A stretch of DNA of 64,000 nt from Carcharhinus longimanus. Its lineage: Eukaryota. Made by a program: the position numbers and the translations under genes. Below are positions 11,500 to 23,829 of this stretch, piece after piece. How positions within the stretch are numbered: position 1 is the stretch's first letter; each line of letters starts with the position of its first letter. The stretch covers positions 93,164,923-93,228,922 of the forward strand of contig JASCQW010000081.1 of the NCBI GenBank assembly GCA_030264375.1, given 5' to 3'. The notes under the pieces were generated by a model. It was not told where the DNA came from. It saw only the letters and a list, made by a program, of their open reading frames with translations, and did no database searches.

Positions 11500-13830
11500 T
11501 GCCCCCGCGTTCCCGCCCATATCCTTTGAAGTCTTTATACCTAATAGTAAAATCTAACTATTGATTGAAAACAAGCAAAGTCTTGGTCTCAAATGCGTTA
11601 GGGCAATCCATAGGCTTACCATTCCCTCCGTAAAGCATTTGTTCCTCCTCTCAACTGCAACCACCTTGCGTGTCTTTCTACCAAAGTGATTAAGCACTCG
11701 TTTTTTTTTTAACTGCAAACTACTACTTCTGCAACACATTTCCTCACTCGCACAAAGTATTCCAATCGCACTGAAAAATCTCTGCATCCTTCTGCCTATT
11801 TGCTCTCCTATTCAGCTTCGTGTCATCTGTAAACTTGGAGATACTACATTCAGTTTCCTCATCGAAAGCATTACAAAACAAAACATTTTACATTGCTGCA
11901 AGGCTGCCATTGATCACTGTGGCGTCCCACTATTTCCTGTCTGCATTTTTTAAAGTGCCGTTCCCCATGTAAATCCAAAAGCCCTAACCTCATGAAGTTT
12001 AATTTTCCACGCTAATTTCCAAAGTTCATTTTCTTTTTTAGAGATTCTTCTAAAATCCAAATGTATTATTTCCACACGTTGCTCCAAATCAACTCTACTC
12101 GTTAAGTGGTCGAAACATTCTCGTGGTTTCTCAAGCGTAATAATAACGCTTTCATAATTCCGTTCTAACTCTTTCCGATTGTCCCATCATTTTCCAAGAC
12201 TTCTGCTTTGAAATACTTCGTATTAGACTCCAGCATTTTCGCAACCAATCCCCACCAACCGACGCCAGGATCACTGGCCTATCATTTCCTTTTCCCGCTC
12301 TACCTGCGGTTTTAAACTATTGTTACAACAGCTGCTTTCAAATCCAAATGAACTTGCAGAACCGATATAACGTTTGGAAGATAAACACCAACGCATCCAA
12401 CTTCTTTTTCAGTGCCCAGTCCTTGTGGTCTCTGGGATATAGATTATCAGTTCGTGGGGATTTATTGCCCTACAATTCCATTAATTTCCCCAAGGCATCG
12501 TTCTTTTTTTACCTGAATGACTCTGATCTTCACTGCTTCCATTTTACTAAACCATGCATTCCCACATACTGGTACGTTGTTCTGTGCGCTCATGTTTGAT
12601 GACAAACGAATGCACGTATTAAGTTAGTTAGCCATTTCCTTGTTCCAACGTTGTCAGTTTATATGCTTCTGACTGATTTCTTCACTAATCTTTTCTTTTC
12701 ACTTATGTGTGGATATGTTTGCAGTCAGCTTTGATCTTTGATTCCGTGCAAGCATACTCTCATATGCAAATATGCACACACCCCCAACATACGCAACCCG
12801 CTCCACCCCCTCCTTCCACTCCCCGCATTCTTAAGCACTCTATTTGTCATTTTCTGCTGAATTCTAAACAGGTCTCCACTTTGGCTCTGGCCATGTTGCA
12901 CGTGTCTTCTCGAGGCTTATGTCTGATACTGTCCCTAATTTCCCTCGTAATACATTGTTTGTCAATTCTTCCCTTCCGATTTTTGAACCAATCAAGAAAC
13001 ACCATTTGTTGCAGTTTTTATCAAGCACTATTTGAATTCTTGCCATTTCCTGTCGAGCCCCATTCCTTGATGTAGCGTTCCCCGGCCAATTGCAGACAAC
13101 TCGGACCTCACAACACTGTTGTTTAGATTTCGGATCCCTGTCTCAGAATCAATTACATCGCCTTCCGTCTTGATGACGAATTCTATCATATTATGTTTGC
13201 TCATCTCCGACGGTTTTTACTCAACGAGAATGTCAATTGTGCCTACTTAATGTCCCAATGCACTGTCTCGAATGGTGTGCACTCTTATTGGTTCCTCAAT
13301 GCCGTGATTCAGAAAATTATCTCATGCACACTCTAAGAAACTGTCTCCGCAGGTATTGTGACGATCTTGATTATTCCAATCTATATTCAGATTGCAATTG
13401 CCCATAATTGCAAATGTTTCTTTGTCGCATCCATCTGCAGTTTTCTGTATAACGTCATTCTCAACATCATCATTACATTTTGGTTCTCGACAGATAAAAT
13501 CCGCTAAGCTCTTTGGTGCTTAGCTCAGCTCTACCAGCAAATTGCCTACCAATACTACTAATGCCTTCCCTACTGTTCCATTAATTTCCCCCCTTTTTTC
13601 CAGCAATGCAGCTCCACCATGTTTTCATATTTTTTCACCAGTGCTTCTTTAATACGGTAAACTCTTGAGTTTCCATTTCCCAGTCCGGGAATAGTCACCC
13701 TGTAGTCTTGTTCCCATGAACTTGATTGTGTCATAACCTTTTTTTTGTCAATTGTGGATGAAATAAATGTACAATATTGCGGATATTGTCTGTATGAAGA
13801 AGCAAAGTATCTTTAACCTTACCTGTCTCA
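11500..13830 (-). mobile_element. Decayed CR1 LINE ORF2 fragments
   Basis: 'FTEGMVSLWIAL' 3' motif, degenerate KFADD near 11830, endonuclease-like sequence toward 13100-13800. Confidence 0.7.
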
Positions 13831-13899
13831 TTCCTGTTTTTTTTTGTTACTTTTGAATCTAGTTAGCTCCTGGATCTTCATACGTCTGCCTATCATTTT

Positions 13900-14110
13900 T
13901 CTTACTCTTGTTTCTCGATTTGGCTCTCATCATTGCTGCCCCCATCCTTGCAGAGTTTGCCTTCCCACTGCCTGTAATTTTGAAGCCTCCACAACCATTC
14001 TCTACCTGAATCCCCTGAGCACATCCGTCCTTGCCCTTCAGTGGTGCAAGGCAAACTCTATGCAGACGTCCTACCTCTTCATATCCGCCCCAATCATCCA
14101 CAAATCTGAG
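13900..14110 (+). mobile_element. Penelope-like GIY-YIG endonuclease C-terminal remnant
   Basis: 'LPTACNF...TSVLAL' resembles Penelope 'LPVACHF...LSVLGL'. Confidence 0.45.
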
Positions 14111-14380
14111 GTCTTCCCCTTCTTCAGTATCCTTCCAGACACAGATTGAACTCGTTTGTGTGTGTTTTTGGGACATCTGAATTTCTAATCTTTATAAGTA
14201 ATTAAAGTGATACAAAGAAGTTTAATCAAGATGTCGAATATTTCGATGAACAAGATGAATATGATTTCATTATACACTAAGTTATAAATATGAAGCAATT
14301 ATATCTCTATATTCTAATATCGTCACTGCGCATTCCACGGCTGCCTACATTGAAACAAAAAGAAGAATGCAATTACGTAC

Positions 14381-14404
14381 CAATCAAGTGATTGAGTTGA
14401 CCAG
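14381..14404 (-). CDS. Candidate 24-nt phase-1 micro-exon, (A)GQLNHLI
   Basis: taatttctcgttacag|ctggtcaactcaatcacttgattg|gtacgt; same length and cassette position as 20543-20566. Confidence 0.6.
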
Positions 14405-15123
14405 CTGTAACGAGAAATTAATTTTAATAGTACATGGCAGATAAGGTGCATCTTACATGTAAGATGCGTGCGGCATTGATAGATAGAGATCAATTTAATA
14501 AATGATAATAGAGACGCTGTGTTGTAGCAAATAACAAATGTACCAATTCTGCAGGAGTGCCGTTTTAGAAAAGTGTATCTCACAAAGGTAAACCAAAGCA
14601 AACCATCCCACTCAGCTATTTGCCTCGCTACACAACTTTGAGCTAATTGGATCTCATAATACATATACTTTGCAAACTATTTCCCAAAGTTCACAGTGAA
14701 AATGTACAATTTGTACGTTAACTGACGATTTCCTGCTGGAATCTATAGAGGTAAGTTTCATTTGTCAAGAAACAAATCAGCACTCGTTAGCTACTCTTTG
14801 CATAGATTACTGTTTTCAAATATGTAAATGAGCGATTTATTTATATGTCAGCAATGTTTGCTGGAAGTTTCAGAAGTTTTCTAAAAAAAAATGTGATTTT
14901 GTTAACAAATAAAATGAATATGCCGAATATTTTTTGATAAAAAAATATGGCGCACATTCAAACAGAATGAAAAACCCATATTCCTGAACAGCTCCAAAAA
15001 CATCATCGGCACATGGAATGGTCATAAACATTGGGGCGAACTGAGAGAATGCAGCGGTGGAGAAAACACGAGATGTCAACAGAAATGTGTGACAAGCAAA
15101 TATGTCAAAATAGAGAATCTTAC

Positions 15124-15159
15124 CAGCTTCCTTCAACTTTGCCTGTAGGGTTACTATGT
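15124..15159 (-). CDS. Candidate 36-nt phase-1 micro-exon, (D/N)IVTLQAKLKEA
   Basis: gaatttgttttcaag|acatagtaaccctacaggcaaagttgaaggaagctg|gtaaga; paralog of 2512-2547. Confidence 0.8.
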
Positions 15160-15904
15160 CTTGAAAACAAATTCAATAGGCACGTTATAATGGGTGGTTG
15201 TATTCTCTTCGAAACAGCTAACTCATAATTCAACGAAAATTACAAGTCAGTGTTCGGTGGTTCTACGATACTGTAAATCATAACTTAATGGCTCTCCTAT
15301 TGAGAAATTGGGATTATCGCAAAGATCACTTCTCAATCTACCTTGACAGTTTCCACGTGCGTTTACATGACAATTATCCATAAGGCATAACGTCCCATGA
15401 CCATTGGGTTAGAATGGGATTCATCAGCTAACGTAAATGAAAAGGATAACTTTGTATGGTCCTGAGAGTTAGAGATCATGAGCGCACAGGAAATTTTAGA
15501 ATGGAAAATAAAATCTTCTCACTTAAATTCAACTAATTAATTACAGACCTAGGCCAGTGAGACACGAGAAACGTCAAACACCTTGAAGTCTTCGGCGGGA
15601 GTTTGTTAATCACTTTGATGCAACCAACCATAAATGCGACCAACAAACGTAGGAAATCAGATTTTCCCGAACTGACCACCAAACTCAACTCTTCCCCACA
15701 ATGATCGGACCTGGCCGGCGCTGGCCGTGATGCAACACCACCGAGACACATCCAACACGTCGCATCCTGTGCCCGAAGCAGGGCAAGACCCCGCCAGAAC
15801 AGGCCCGACATGACTGAGGTAACCTACTCCATGCTTCAAATGAGCCAAAACGACAACACCCACGACCGGAGCCAACATCAGCCTTACCCAACCGCCCTCC
15901 CCCC

Positions 15905-16004
15905 NNNNNNNNNNNNNNNNNNNNNNNNNNNNNNNNNNNNNNNNNNNNNNNNNNNNNNNNNNNNNNNNNNNNNNNNNNNNNNNNNNNNNNNNNNNNNNNN
16001 NNNN
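15905..16004. other. Assembly gap (100 N) with duplicated flanks
   Basis: The same about 48 bp (cacccacgaccggagcc...) lies on both sides. Confidence 0.95.
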
Positions 16005-16114
16005 CACCCACGACCGGAGCCAACATCAGCCTTACCCAACCGCCCTCCCCCCACCGCCCCCCCCCCCACCCCCCGCCTCCCTACCAACCCCGCTGCCGTC
16101 ATTACCCAATTCTG

Positions 16115-16460
16115 AACAAGAACATAACAACTAGAAGCGAGGGTAGGACATTTGGCATCTTGAGCATATTCCGCCATTCAATGACATCATGGCCGAATTA
16201 TCATGGACGGAGCTTCACTCACCCACCCGCTCACCACATCACCTAATTCCTTTATTGTTCAAAGATATCTTTATTTTTGCCTGAGAAACATTCAAAAAGG
16301 TTACCTCTACTGTTGAACTGGGCAGGGGATACCACAACCTACCTGCCTCTATCTGATCTAGCTCCTTCAAAATGTTACATTAATCCATAACATTCCCCCA
16401 TGCTTCTAAATTCCACTGTCAATAATCGCAATCTACGCAGCCCACTGATACCATTTAAGG
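16115..16460 (-). mobile_element. CR1 3' end
   Basis: Reverse complement of the CR1 3' UTR (aagaacataacaactagaagc...ccgccattcaat). Confidence 0.7.
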
Positions 16461-17447
16461 CTGACTGTACGTGCACCCTGTCCCAACATCTCATTCACTT
16501 AGCTTTGAGATTTGTCTTCTCCCGTTCAATAGTTCATTTAATGTTAGCTGCGTAATTGCTGATTGTGCAGTAAAATGACAGGTACCGCCTCTTTGCGTAT
16601 TTATGTGTTTCACTGAGGGAGATTCTGAAATATTTCACTACCTCAGTCTCACTCGCCAATTGTGACAAATTTTAGGCATACAGGATCTCAGAATTCCAAT
16701 CGGATGTCAGTCGCTAACTAATGACAATTTGCTGCTCATTGTCGCCCCAATGAAGTTACAAATCCGTAGGTCGTTGGCAAAAAAATGGACCATTCAACTG
16801 ATCGAGTCTGCTCTGCCATGAATGAAATCATGACTGATCTGAAATTCCACGACAACATGTTTCCAGTTTTTTCCAAAACCATGATTTTCCACTGATATAA
16901 AATCTGCATATCACATTTTTCACCACACATCTCATCCACCATAACCTTAAATGGTAAGTCATTCCATGATGCATGACCTTGCTACAAGAAACTCCTTCAT
17001 CCTGCCTTAAATGGCCGACTGTATACCCCGAGATTATGCCTTCCGACCCTCGGATAATGGGGAAACCAATGATCAGGACTCTTCCTGTCAAGCCTCCAAG
17101 GAACTATATGCATATCAAAAGAGTAATCTCTCATTCTTTTGAACTTCAATGTTAAAAGGTCCAAACTGCTAAGCCTGCTCTCAGAAGAAAATACCTCCAA
17201 TCTAGGCATCAACATAGGGAACCTTTTTTTGTACTGCCTTCAATACCACTATATGTATCTTTAGAGAAGCGGTCTAAAACATTTCACAATATCACGTAAT
17301 ATGTTCGATGTTGGTAGAAGTGAAAATTGTGTCTAGGCTGCACTGTATGCAATCTGTGCCTGACTATTAAGCTTTCCCAAAATGTGCGTTCTACAAAAAT
17401 ACGTGTTACAATCCCAGAAATATTGGCAACGCAAAGCACTTCATTAC

Positions 17448-17474
17448 TCAAAGAATGGAAAACCTTTGGAGTAC
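17448..17474 (-). CDS. Candidate 27-nt phase-1 micro-exon, (G)TPKVFHSL
   Basis: ctgcttccttttgatttag|gtactccaaaggttttccattctttga|gtaatg; no paralog seen. Confidence 0.4.
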   Translation of the reverse strand, partial: VLQRFSIL

Positions 17475-17768
17475 CTAAATCAAAAGGAAGCAGGATGGAC
17501 AAAGCACAATCTATCATTATACTACAATTTAATGTAGTAGTGACTCAACAAGGAACAACAAAAAACACATCATTGGAATAAGATTGTGGTCCCTCCAAAA
17601 TTCGGCAGATCATGGTGACATCAGTAAAATAAAAAAAAAGTCTGAGCGTATACCTGTATTCTGTCACTTTTAATGCACCCTTCCAGATGCCTGTTTAATA
17701 TGGCTAATATCCCTCCTTTCGTCAGCTGTGAGCTTTGCTGCGTATGTACACATTTGCAGATCACATAC

Positions 17769-17795
17769 CCGCATCTCTCAGGAGAAGGTGTCTCA
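17769..17795 (-). CDS. Candidate 27-nt phase-1 micro-exon, (M/V)RHLLLRDA
   Basis: ttatttgcttccctttcag|tgagacaccttctcctgagagatgcgg|gtatgt; paralog of 4465-4491, with some upstream intron similarity. Confidence 0.8.
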
Positions 17796-19450
17796 CTGAA
17801 AGGGAAGCAAATAACACACAGTGCCAATTTTGTTTCCGAACATTGACATGTTTAAGAATTTGACGGAATATCACTTAAAAACGCATATAGCCGTTTGCAT
17901 ATCGAATTATAAGGCAAAATTCAATTATTCCAAAAAAGAAGCTAATTTCTCCTGGTGAATATGACTATCTGCAATTCAATTTGTTTACAGTTCTACAAGG
18001 CAAACATTTCCATAGAAAGTTTATATCTTATCAAAATAACTACCATTCTGATCATGATTAGCTACGATTAATAATGCAAATGTTATCCAGGGTGAAATAT
18101 GTATACAATAGTAATATTCATGATTCTCGGTTACATGAACAACCGGACCATTCACTGTTGGTCGTGTTGAATTAATTTTTGACATCCTGCATTACGTATG
18201 ATTCTACTGAACTTTGCTTTGTATCATCTCGGATCCGAGTGTGGGGAAGACAATATGTATAATTGTGCACAACTAATTCGTCCAATCGGTCGTTCACTCA
18301 AAATTAATTGATGCGATCATTTTTCATGATCATCACTACAATTATCTGTACAGTTCACTTTTTGTCACATCTATTCATTAGAAAGACGCTGCAGATGTTT
18401 CTATTTGCAACCATGATCTAGTTCGAGCAGTCTTCTCTCATTGCATTCATTGATTTAAACAAAAACGGGTCCTTCGCTTTTGTTTTGGTTGCCAGTTGTT
18501 CCTCGCAGTCTTAAAGTGGTGACAAGCTTTATTTTCGTTTCCTTTAGTTTTTGATTACTGCACTGGTTCTTGAGCTAACTAACTCTCCTATTAATTATGT
18601 AGCTTGTGATCACGTCCATTGCATTTGGCACCGGCGCCATAATTATTTTGCCTATTGCACTTTTCACTTAAGTTGTATTTAGGCGCGCGTCAACTTGAGT
18701 GGCGACAGCCATATGGCGGTGCATGTGCAAAGAAGTGAGGGTGAAATTTGTCAGTGTATATTCCATGCATAATTTAGCGTTGGCCATTTATTGACCATTT
18801 CAGTGAAGTTACCGTCCAATATCAACTGGTGGACCGAGAAAGCGCTTTAACTTCGTGTCCACGGGATCTCGAAGATATTCCGCCCCACTGATCCCCTCCT
18901 TCCCCCAATTTTGCTTCTATCCTACCATCTTATCCCAGTCCCTCGGGCCACATTTTTTTCCCAAGCTGAGATTGCCACATTGCAGCGACCACAGAAATGT
19001 TGGTAAATTAGATTGGCACACCATTGTCTCAGGTGGGCCGTCCCATCGAAGAAAGGGTGGAAGTAGTCTGGAGGAATTTCTGCCTCCATTTACTTAACAT
19101 TCGAAGGAGCACCAATTAGCTGATTTGCAGCAAACAGAGGTTGTTTTTTTTTTCCCGTCAACCATTCAAACGATGGTGTAGGCGTCCCGCCAAAATCACT
19201 GACCCATTTAAACAACATTATCTAAAATAACCATTAATTCGATTGACTTGATATCTGAACCTGCGCTTTGCGATAACTTTTTTTTAATTATTCCAATTTA
19301 TTTCAAACTTTGGTTGATGACTGATATTTATCGAATAGTGCAGATCACGATTCAATTAGAAGTGCATAATTTTTCTTTGCAAACTGTGCCAATACTCTCA
19401 ATCTTTAAATGGAAACATGAGACAATATATGACTCTCTGATGGGACTTAC

Positions 19451-19480
19451 TTGTTCTTTGGAGAAGTGTTCTGCATTCAT
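19451..19480 (-). CDS. Candidate 30-nt phase-1 micro-exon, (N)ECRTLLQRT
   Basis: tttacaacatttttag|atgaatgcagaacacttctccaaagaacaa|gtaagt; paralog of 10101-10127. Confidence 0.8.
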
Positions 19481-20542
19481 CTAAAAATGTTGTAAATGCA
19501 TAAAGAAAAATAAGAACACAAAATTAATTGTAAAACAATGCCATTCTGGACATCTGATGCCTGTCTTTGTCATGTCATTTAATTTAATTGTGTTCCGTCT
19601 TTTCATCGCCGTTTGTGAGCTTTGTAGTAGTAGAGTAGTAGCAATTTTCCGGAGATCCATATGATAGGCAATGTCAAATGTTCTTCCCTAGTTACATATC
19701 TTTTAAATGCATAATAAAGTAAAATCCAGTCAAAAGTAAACATTTTGAAATAGCATTTTTTCCCAAAATTGATGGTGCAACTCTATTGGCACTTAATCGG
19801 TATTTATTTCCTATTTTACGAAAAAATAAAACAGTTTAATTCGGAGTATCAACAACTTTGAGGTAATACGTTCAAGTATTTGATTCCAGAAATGACAGTC
19901 ACTAATGCAATCAAAAATCATCCCTCCACACGTTAAGTGGATGTGATATCGTTTAATCCCGCCACAAATCTTTCATTTGACAAACATTAGGAAGAGTCAA
20001 AGTATAATTTAGTTCCTCTTTAAATCAGCTCACATATTTCCAATTATAAAAAAAGATGAGCAGGTGATTTAATGAAGCCGACAATTGGCACGTTGTATCT
20101 TTGATGGACTATTTGTTAATTTACGGCTGAACATTTTTTTGAATGCTTTAGCCTTTTTGCTTTCAGCGAATTTAGAAAATATGAAATATTCCTACGCTCT
20201 TACCTCAAAGGAGGCTGCCGGTTTGAAAAGGTTTTTCGAACGTATCAAAAAGCGGTGCATGTGTTTTATGTGAGACAGACGGGATTCCCAGCATAAGCAT
20301 CCAAATCAGCAGGAATATAATGGGTATTACAAACGCAGGCTGTACATAATTCAGTTTATAGAAACATTTCTCGAAACGTTGGCACTGTTTCGCCTGCTTA
20401 TGCCCGGGTTGTATGATCGTCCTGACATATTTCCAGCGAAAGCACTCCACCTGCGCTATTTTTAGAGCAGTATGGCTTAGTATACGTTACTCAGGCAACT
20501 TATCCCATAATGCAGAGCACAAAAATTAAAATGTATGCTTAC

Positions 20543-20566
20543 TCAGGGTTGCTACAGATTCAGTTA
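20543..20566 (-). CDS. Candidate 24-nt phase-1 micro-exon, (V)TESVATL
   Basis: tttttgtttctgtttgttttag|taactgaatctgtagcaaccctga|gtaagc; only phase 1 is open. Confidence 0.7.
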
Positions 20567-21660
20567 CTAAAACAAACAGAAACAAAAACCTCATTGCATA
20601 TTTTCTAGCAGTTCATCAACGTTAAGATTACAAAATATAATCGCAGACATTTTAAACCAAATACATTAATTATGGTTATTTTTGTAAATTTTGCACAAAT
20701 CGCATTAATGTTTTTGCAATATCACATCTTCTTCTACGCATTGCCGACTGAACTTGCGCATTAACCTTAAGAAAATATTGAACACGGACTCCCAAGTCTA
20801 TTTGTGTTTCTGATTTCCTAAGTTTTTCCCCATTTTAAAAATAGTTTATGCCTCCATTCCTCTTTCCAAACGACAAAGCCTCATACTTTTCCACATTGGG
20901 TAAAGAATTGGCAGATGAAATACATTCTCTTAACCCTGATACATCAGGGATCTAAAGTTCCTGTATAACAACAACGTACCTAGGGCTTTGATCTGCCAGT
21001 AACTTCTTTGAAATAAAGTAAGAATATTATCATAGATGGTGCCACGGAATGCAAAGCATGAGGAATGGTTGATACTGGAATAATAGTCGACCTACAAAAT
21101 AAGGGGGGACTCTATGCGTGAAGCAACAGGAGTAGTGGTAAGGGGTCTCTTCGGTAGTTCTCCACGTCTTCATCCATGTGTTGCTCAACAAATTCCATGC
21201 AACGCTGGATTGCACGTTTTGGGAAGAGTATTTCCAAAGTGGCCGAGGAGGCAAAGAATTGGCTCATAACTTAAATAAATTAACCAAATTAGAATTTCAA
21301 GAGTCGTTGTCTTGAAATCTATCGGGCCTTTTATCGCAACCAACATAAGGCACTTTGGAACAAAACAATGCAGTATGCATCAAGGACCACTGCACCGACA
21401 AGTTTAAATAATTAAGTGTTGATGCAACTTGTGTATAGAATATTGTGTGCCTAAAAGAACGCACACCAACGTCCACTTTTAGACCAGAAAGGACCAAAAC
21501 AATGATCAGTAGGGATGAACAACATTCCCTCTCCCAGCATGCCCACCACATGCCCCTCCACCAACACCCTAGTCCCTCCACTCCCCTCACCACTGCCCCC
21601 ATAGACCAGCCAGTTAAAGAAATGTAAGGATCTTCACATAAGAATCAGTACATCATTTAC

Positions 21661-21690
21661 CTTCCAGCAGCTCCATGTGTTTTTTTTGTT
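21661..21690 (-). CDS. Candidate 30-nt phase-1 micro-exon, (E)QKKHMELLE
   Basis: tgcag|aacaaaaaaaacacatggagctgctggaag|gtaaat; good donor, poor pyrimidine tract, helical peptide. Confidence 0.5.
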
Positions 21691-22936
21691 CTGCACTACC
21701 GGCTCGACGATGAAGCGGCAAATGAATATTTCAACCATTCACAATATTTTACATGACGAAAATGGATTGATGAGCAACAATTCCCCATAAGTTGAATGGT
21801 TCTTTTTCTATTTACACATTTTGCCAACGTAAAATTCAGGAACCATATGGAGGGACAAAATCATCGACAAAACGGCGCTGGGGATGGTTGATGAGATGTA
21901 CCAACATCATGTCTTGTTCGTGGGAATTCTGATGCTGATATTTCAGTTCACTCGGCTCTGTGTTGTACTCCACACCAGAAGAGTCGCATAGTGGGCAGAG
22001 GCAGGGATGCTAATGAAGTGCTGCCTGATAACTGGACCCAATCAGGCTCCTTTAAGAGAATCTTAAACAACTGAACATCACTTGGGTTATGCAAAATGCC
22101 ATTGAGTTTGTGACAGTTTTTTTTCCCCCCTGCTATATATGCCAGGGGCTGCAGGAACAAATTCTAGACCTAAGCTTAAGACACATTTGCTTGGTATCTC
22201 TACAAATTTTCCATTCAAGTTTTCTCGTAGATTGATCTACGCACACATCTGTCGTAAGCATGGAAGCAACTTTGATATTCTTTGTATGCAAACATAGGTA
22301 TTCAATGGGCAAGGGTTCCTCCTGTGAACTCAGACGTTACAAATTGTGTATTTCTTCCACGAATTGTGCTGAACAATTCATTCAGGATTTTATCATGTAA
22401 AATATAATTGCGCTCGCATGTAGTATATAGGAAAATTATTGGAATTTCAAATATAATTCAACCTTCAAAGTTTTGTTTCTGATTCTCAACACCATTTTCA
22501 CACAAGGCGGGGTTTCAATCAGTTATTACTATTATGATTTTAATCCAGCAAATGTAACAAAGATTTGAAAATCCGTAATATTGTCTAAGCCTTAACCAGT
22601 AGGATTTTTTTGCACTGGGTGTTTTATTGGTTGATTGAAACTCTCACTCAAATACTAATGTTTTCTTTAATTTACCATTATGAAGAGAAAATAAATGGAA
22701 AACACGTGAAATGTATAGGCAACTTCCGCTGGCGGCACGGCATTCATGACTGGGGGAAACGTTCCCGCCTGCGCTGCGAGGATCATTGTGAATAACTTCG
22801 AAAGTGGAATTGTACCGGATAAACTTACTCTTTCGAATTCATAATGATTTTTGAATTCCATTACTGACCTCTTACATCAAAGCTTGTAGTTACAACATTC
22901 CGATGTTTCCACAGTGATAAAGCGAAGCATATATAC

Positions 22937-22963
22937 CACTCTCGGTACTGTTGAGAGAATAGC
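22937..22963 (-). CDS. Candidate 27-nt phase-1 micro-exon, xYSLNSTES
   Basis: ttttgtctctgctttcaactgacag|gctattctctcaacagtaccgagagtg|gtatat. Confidence 0.5.
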
Positions 22964-23829
22964 CTGTCAGTTGAAAGCAGAGACAAAACACAATGGTCCA
23001 GGGCAAAGCTAAAACAAACCTTCCAGTGGTTTGCTCGTTATTTCTAGACAACTAAATGTGAACAGGAGGGGCGTTTTGCAGTTGTCCTTATGTTTATTTT
23101 TTAGATAGCATCCACCCCATGAGATGTTCATCAATAATCGAAATTAACGTCGAGGTGGCCATCCAATAAAATATCAGTTTTGACAACGTTTGATTCGATC
23201 CAAACTCAATGTTGCGCCTTCTGAGGCAACACGCCATTACGCGGTCGTGCAGTGAAAAAAAAATACATATTCACCGGAATGAAGTAAGAACAGATAATAT
23301 TGAAATCTGACAAGTGCCCCATTTGATATGGACGGCTTGTGACGTTTAAATGTTGTGTGACTGATGACGGCTTAAACCTGCTCTACTTAAGAAGCGGTGT
23401 ATTGGAAGCGAATTGAGGAAAACTTAGCCGATAGCATATTATGAGAAAGAAACAACCAGTGCAAGTTTAATTATCTGCAAATTTGTAGCATGGTAAGAAT
23501 TCGTTTCAGTTTGGAAGTTTTTTTTGGGATGTTTTTTTATTTAATGTTTACGTTTTCAGAGAATGGACTTGTCCTACTCCAGTTGTACGTGCTGCAGGGT
23601 TTCTTGGTTACTGGTGGATAAGGACCGGCAAATATATATTACTTTAATAATGCACGTTCTTCAGTGTGTACTTGTAGTTAGTAAAAGCTAACTTCCATCT
23701 TAAGAAGGACCAGAAATAAATGCTCCCGAGTAATTTATGATAGCTGATAATACATATTTTTCAAAGAGTACAATTTATAAGGGTAAGCAATGGCAGGACA
23801 AAAATCGTGCTTTATATGGCAAGGTATGA

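Noticed and set aside
15857-16052. Direct repeat flanking the N gap
   Set aside because: Identical sequence on both sides of a 100-N gap suggests unmerged contig overlap, not biology
20553-20590. RSS-like nonamer acaaaaacc with a 22-bp spacer
   Set aside because: Heptamer lacks CAC and no V/J segment is adjacent; the A-rich run is the reverse complement of an acceptor pyrimidine tract
20980-21005. 26-nt segment with a good donor (tag|gtacgt)
   Set aside because: Not a multiple of 3; would break the phase-1 chain
21947-22075. Plus-strand CCTPHQKSRIVGRGRDANEVLPDNW, reminiscent of a serine-protease activation site
   Set aside because: Spacing is wrong, no WPWQ motif, no donor and no other protease exons; likely chance
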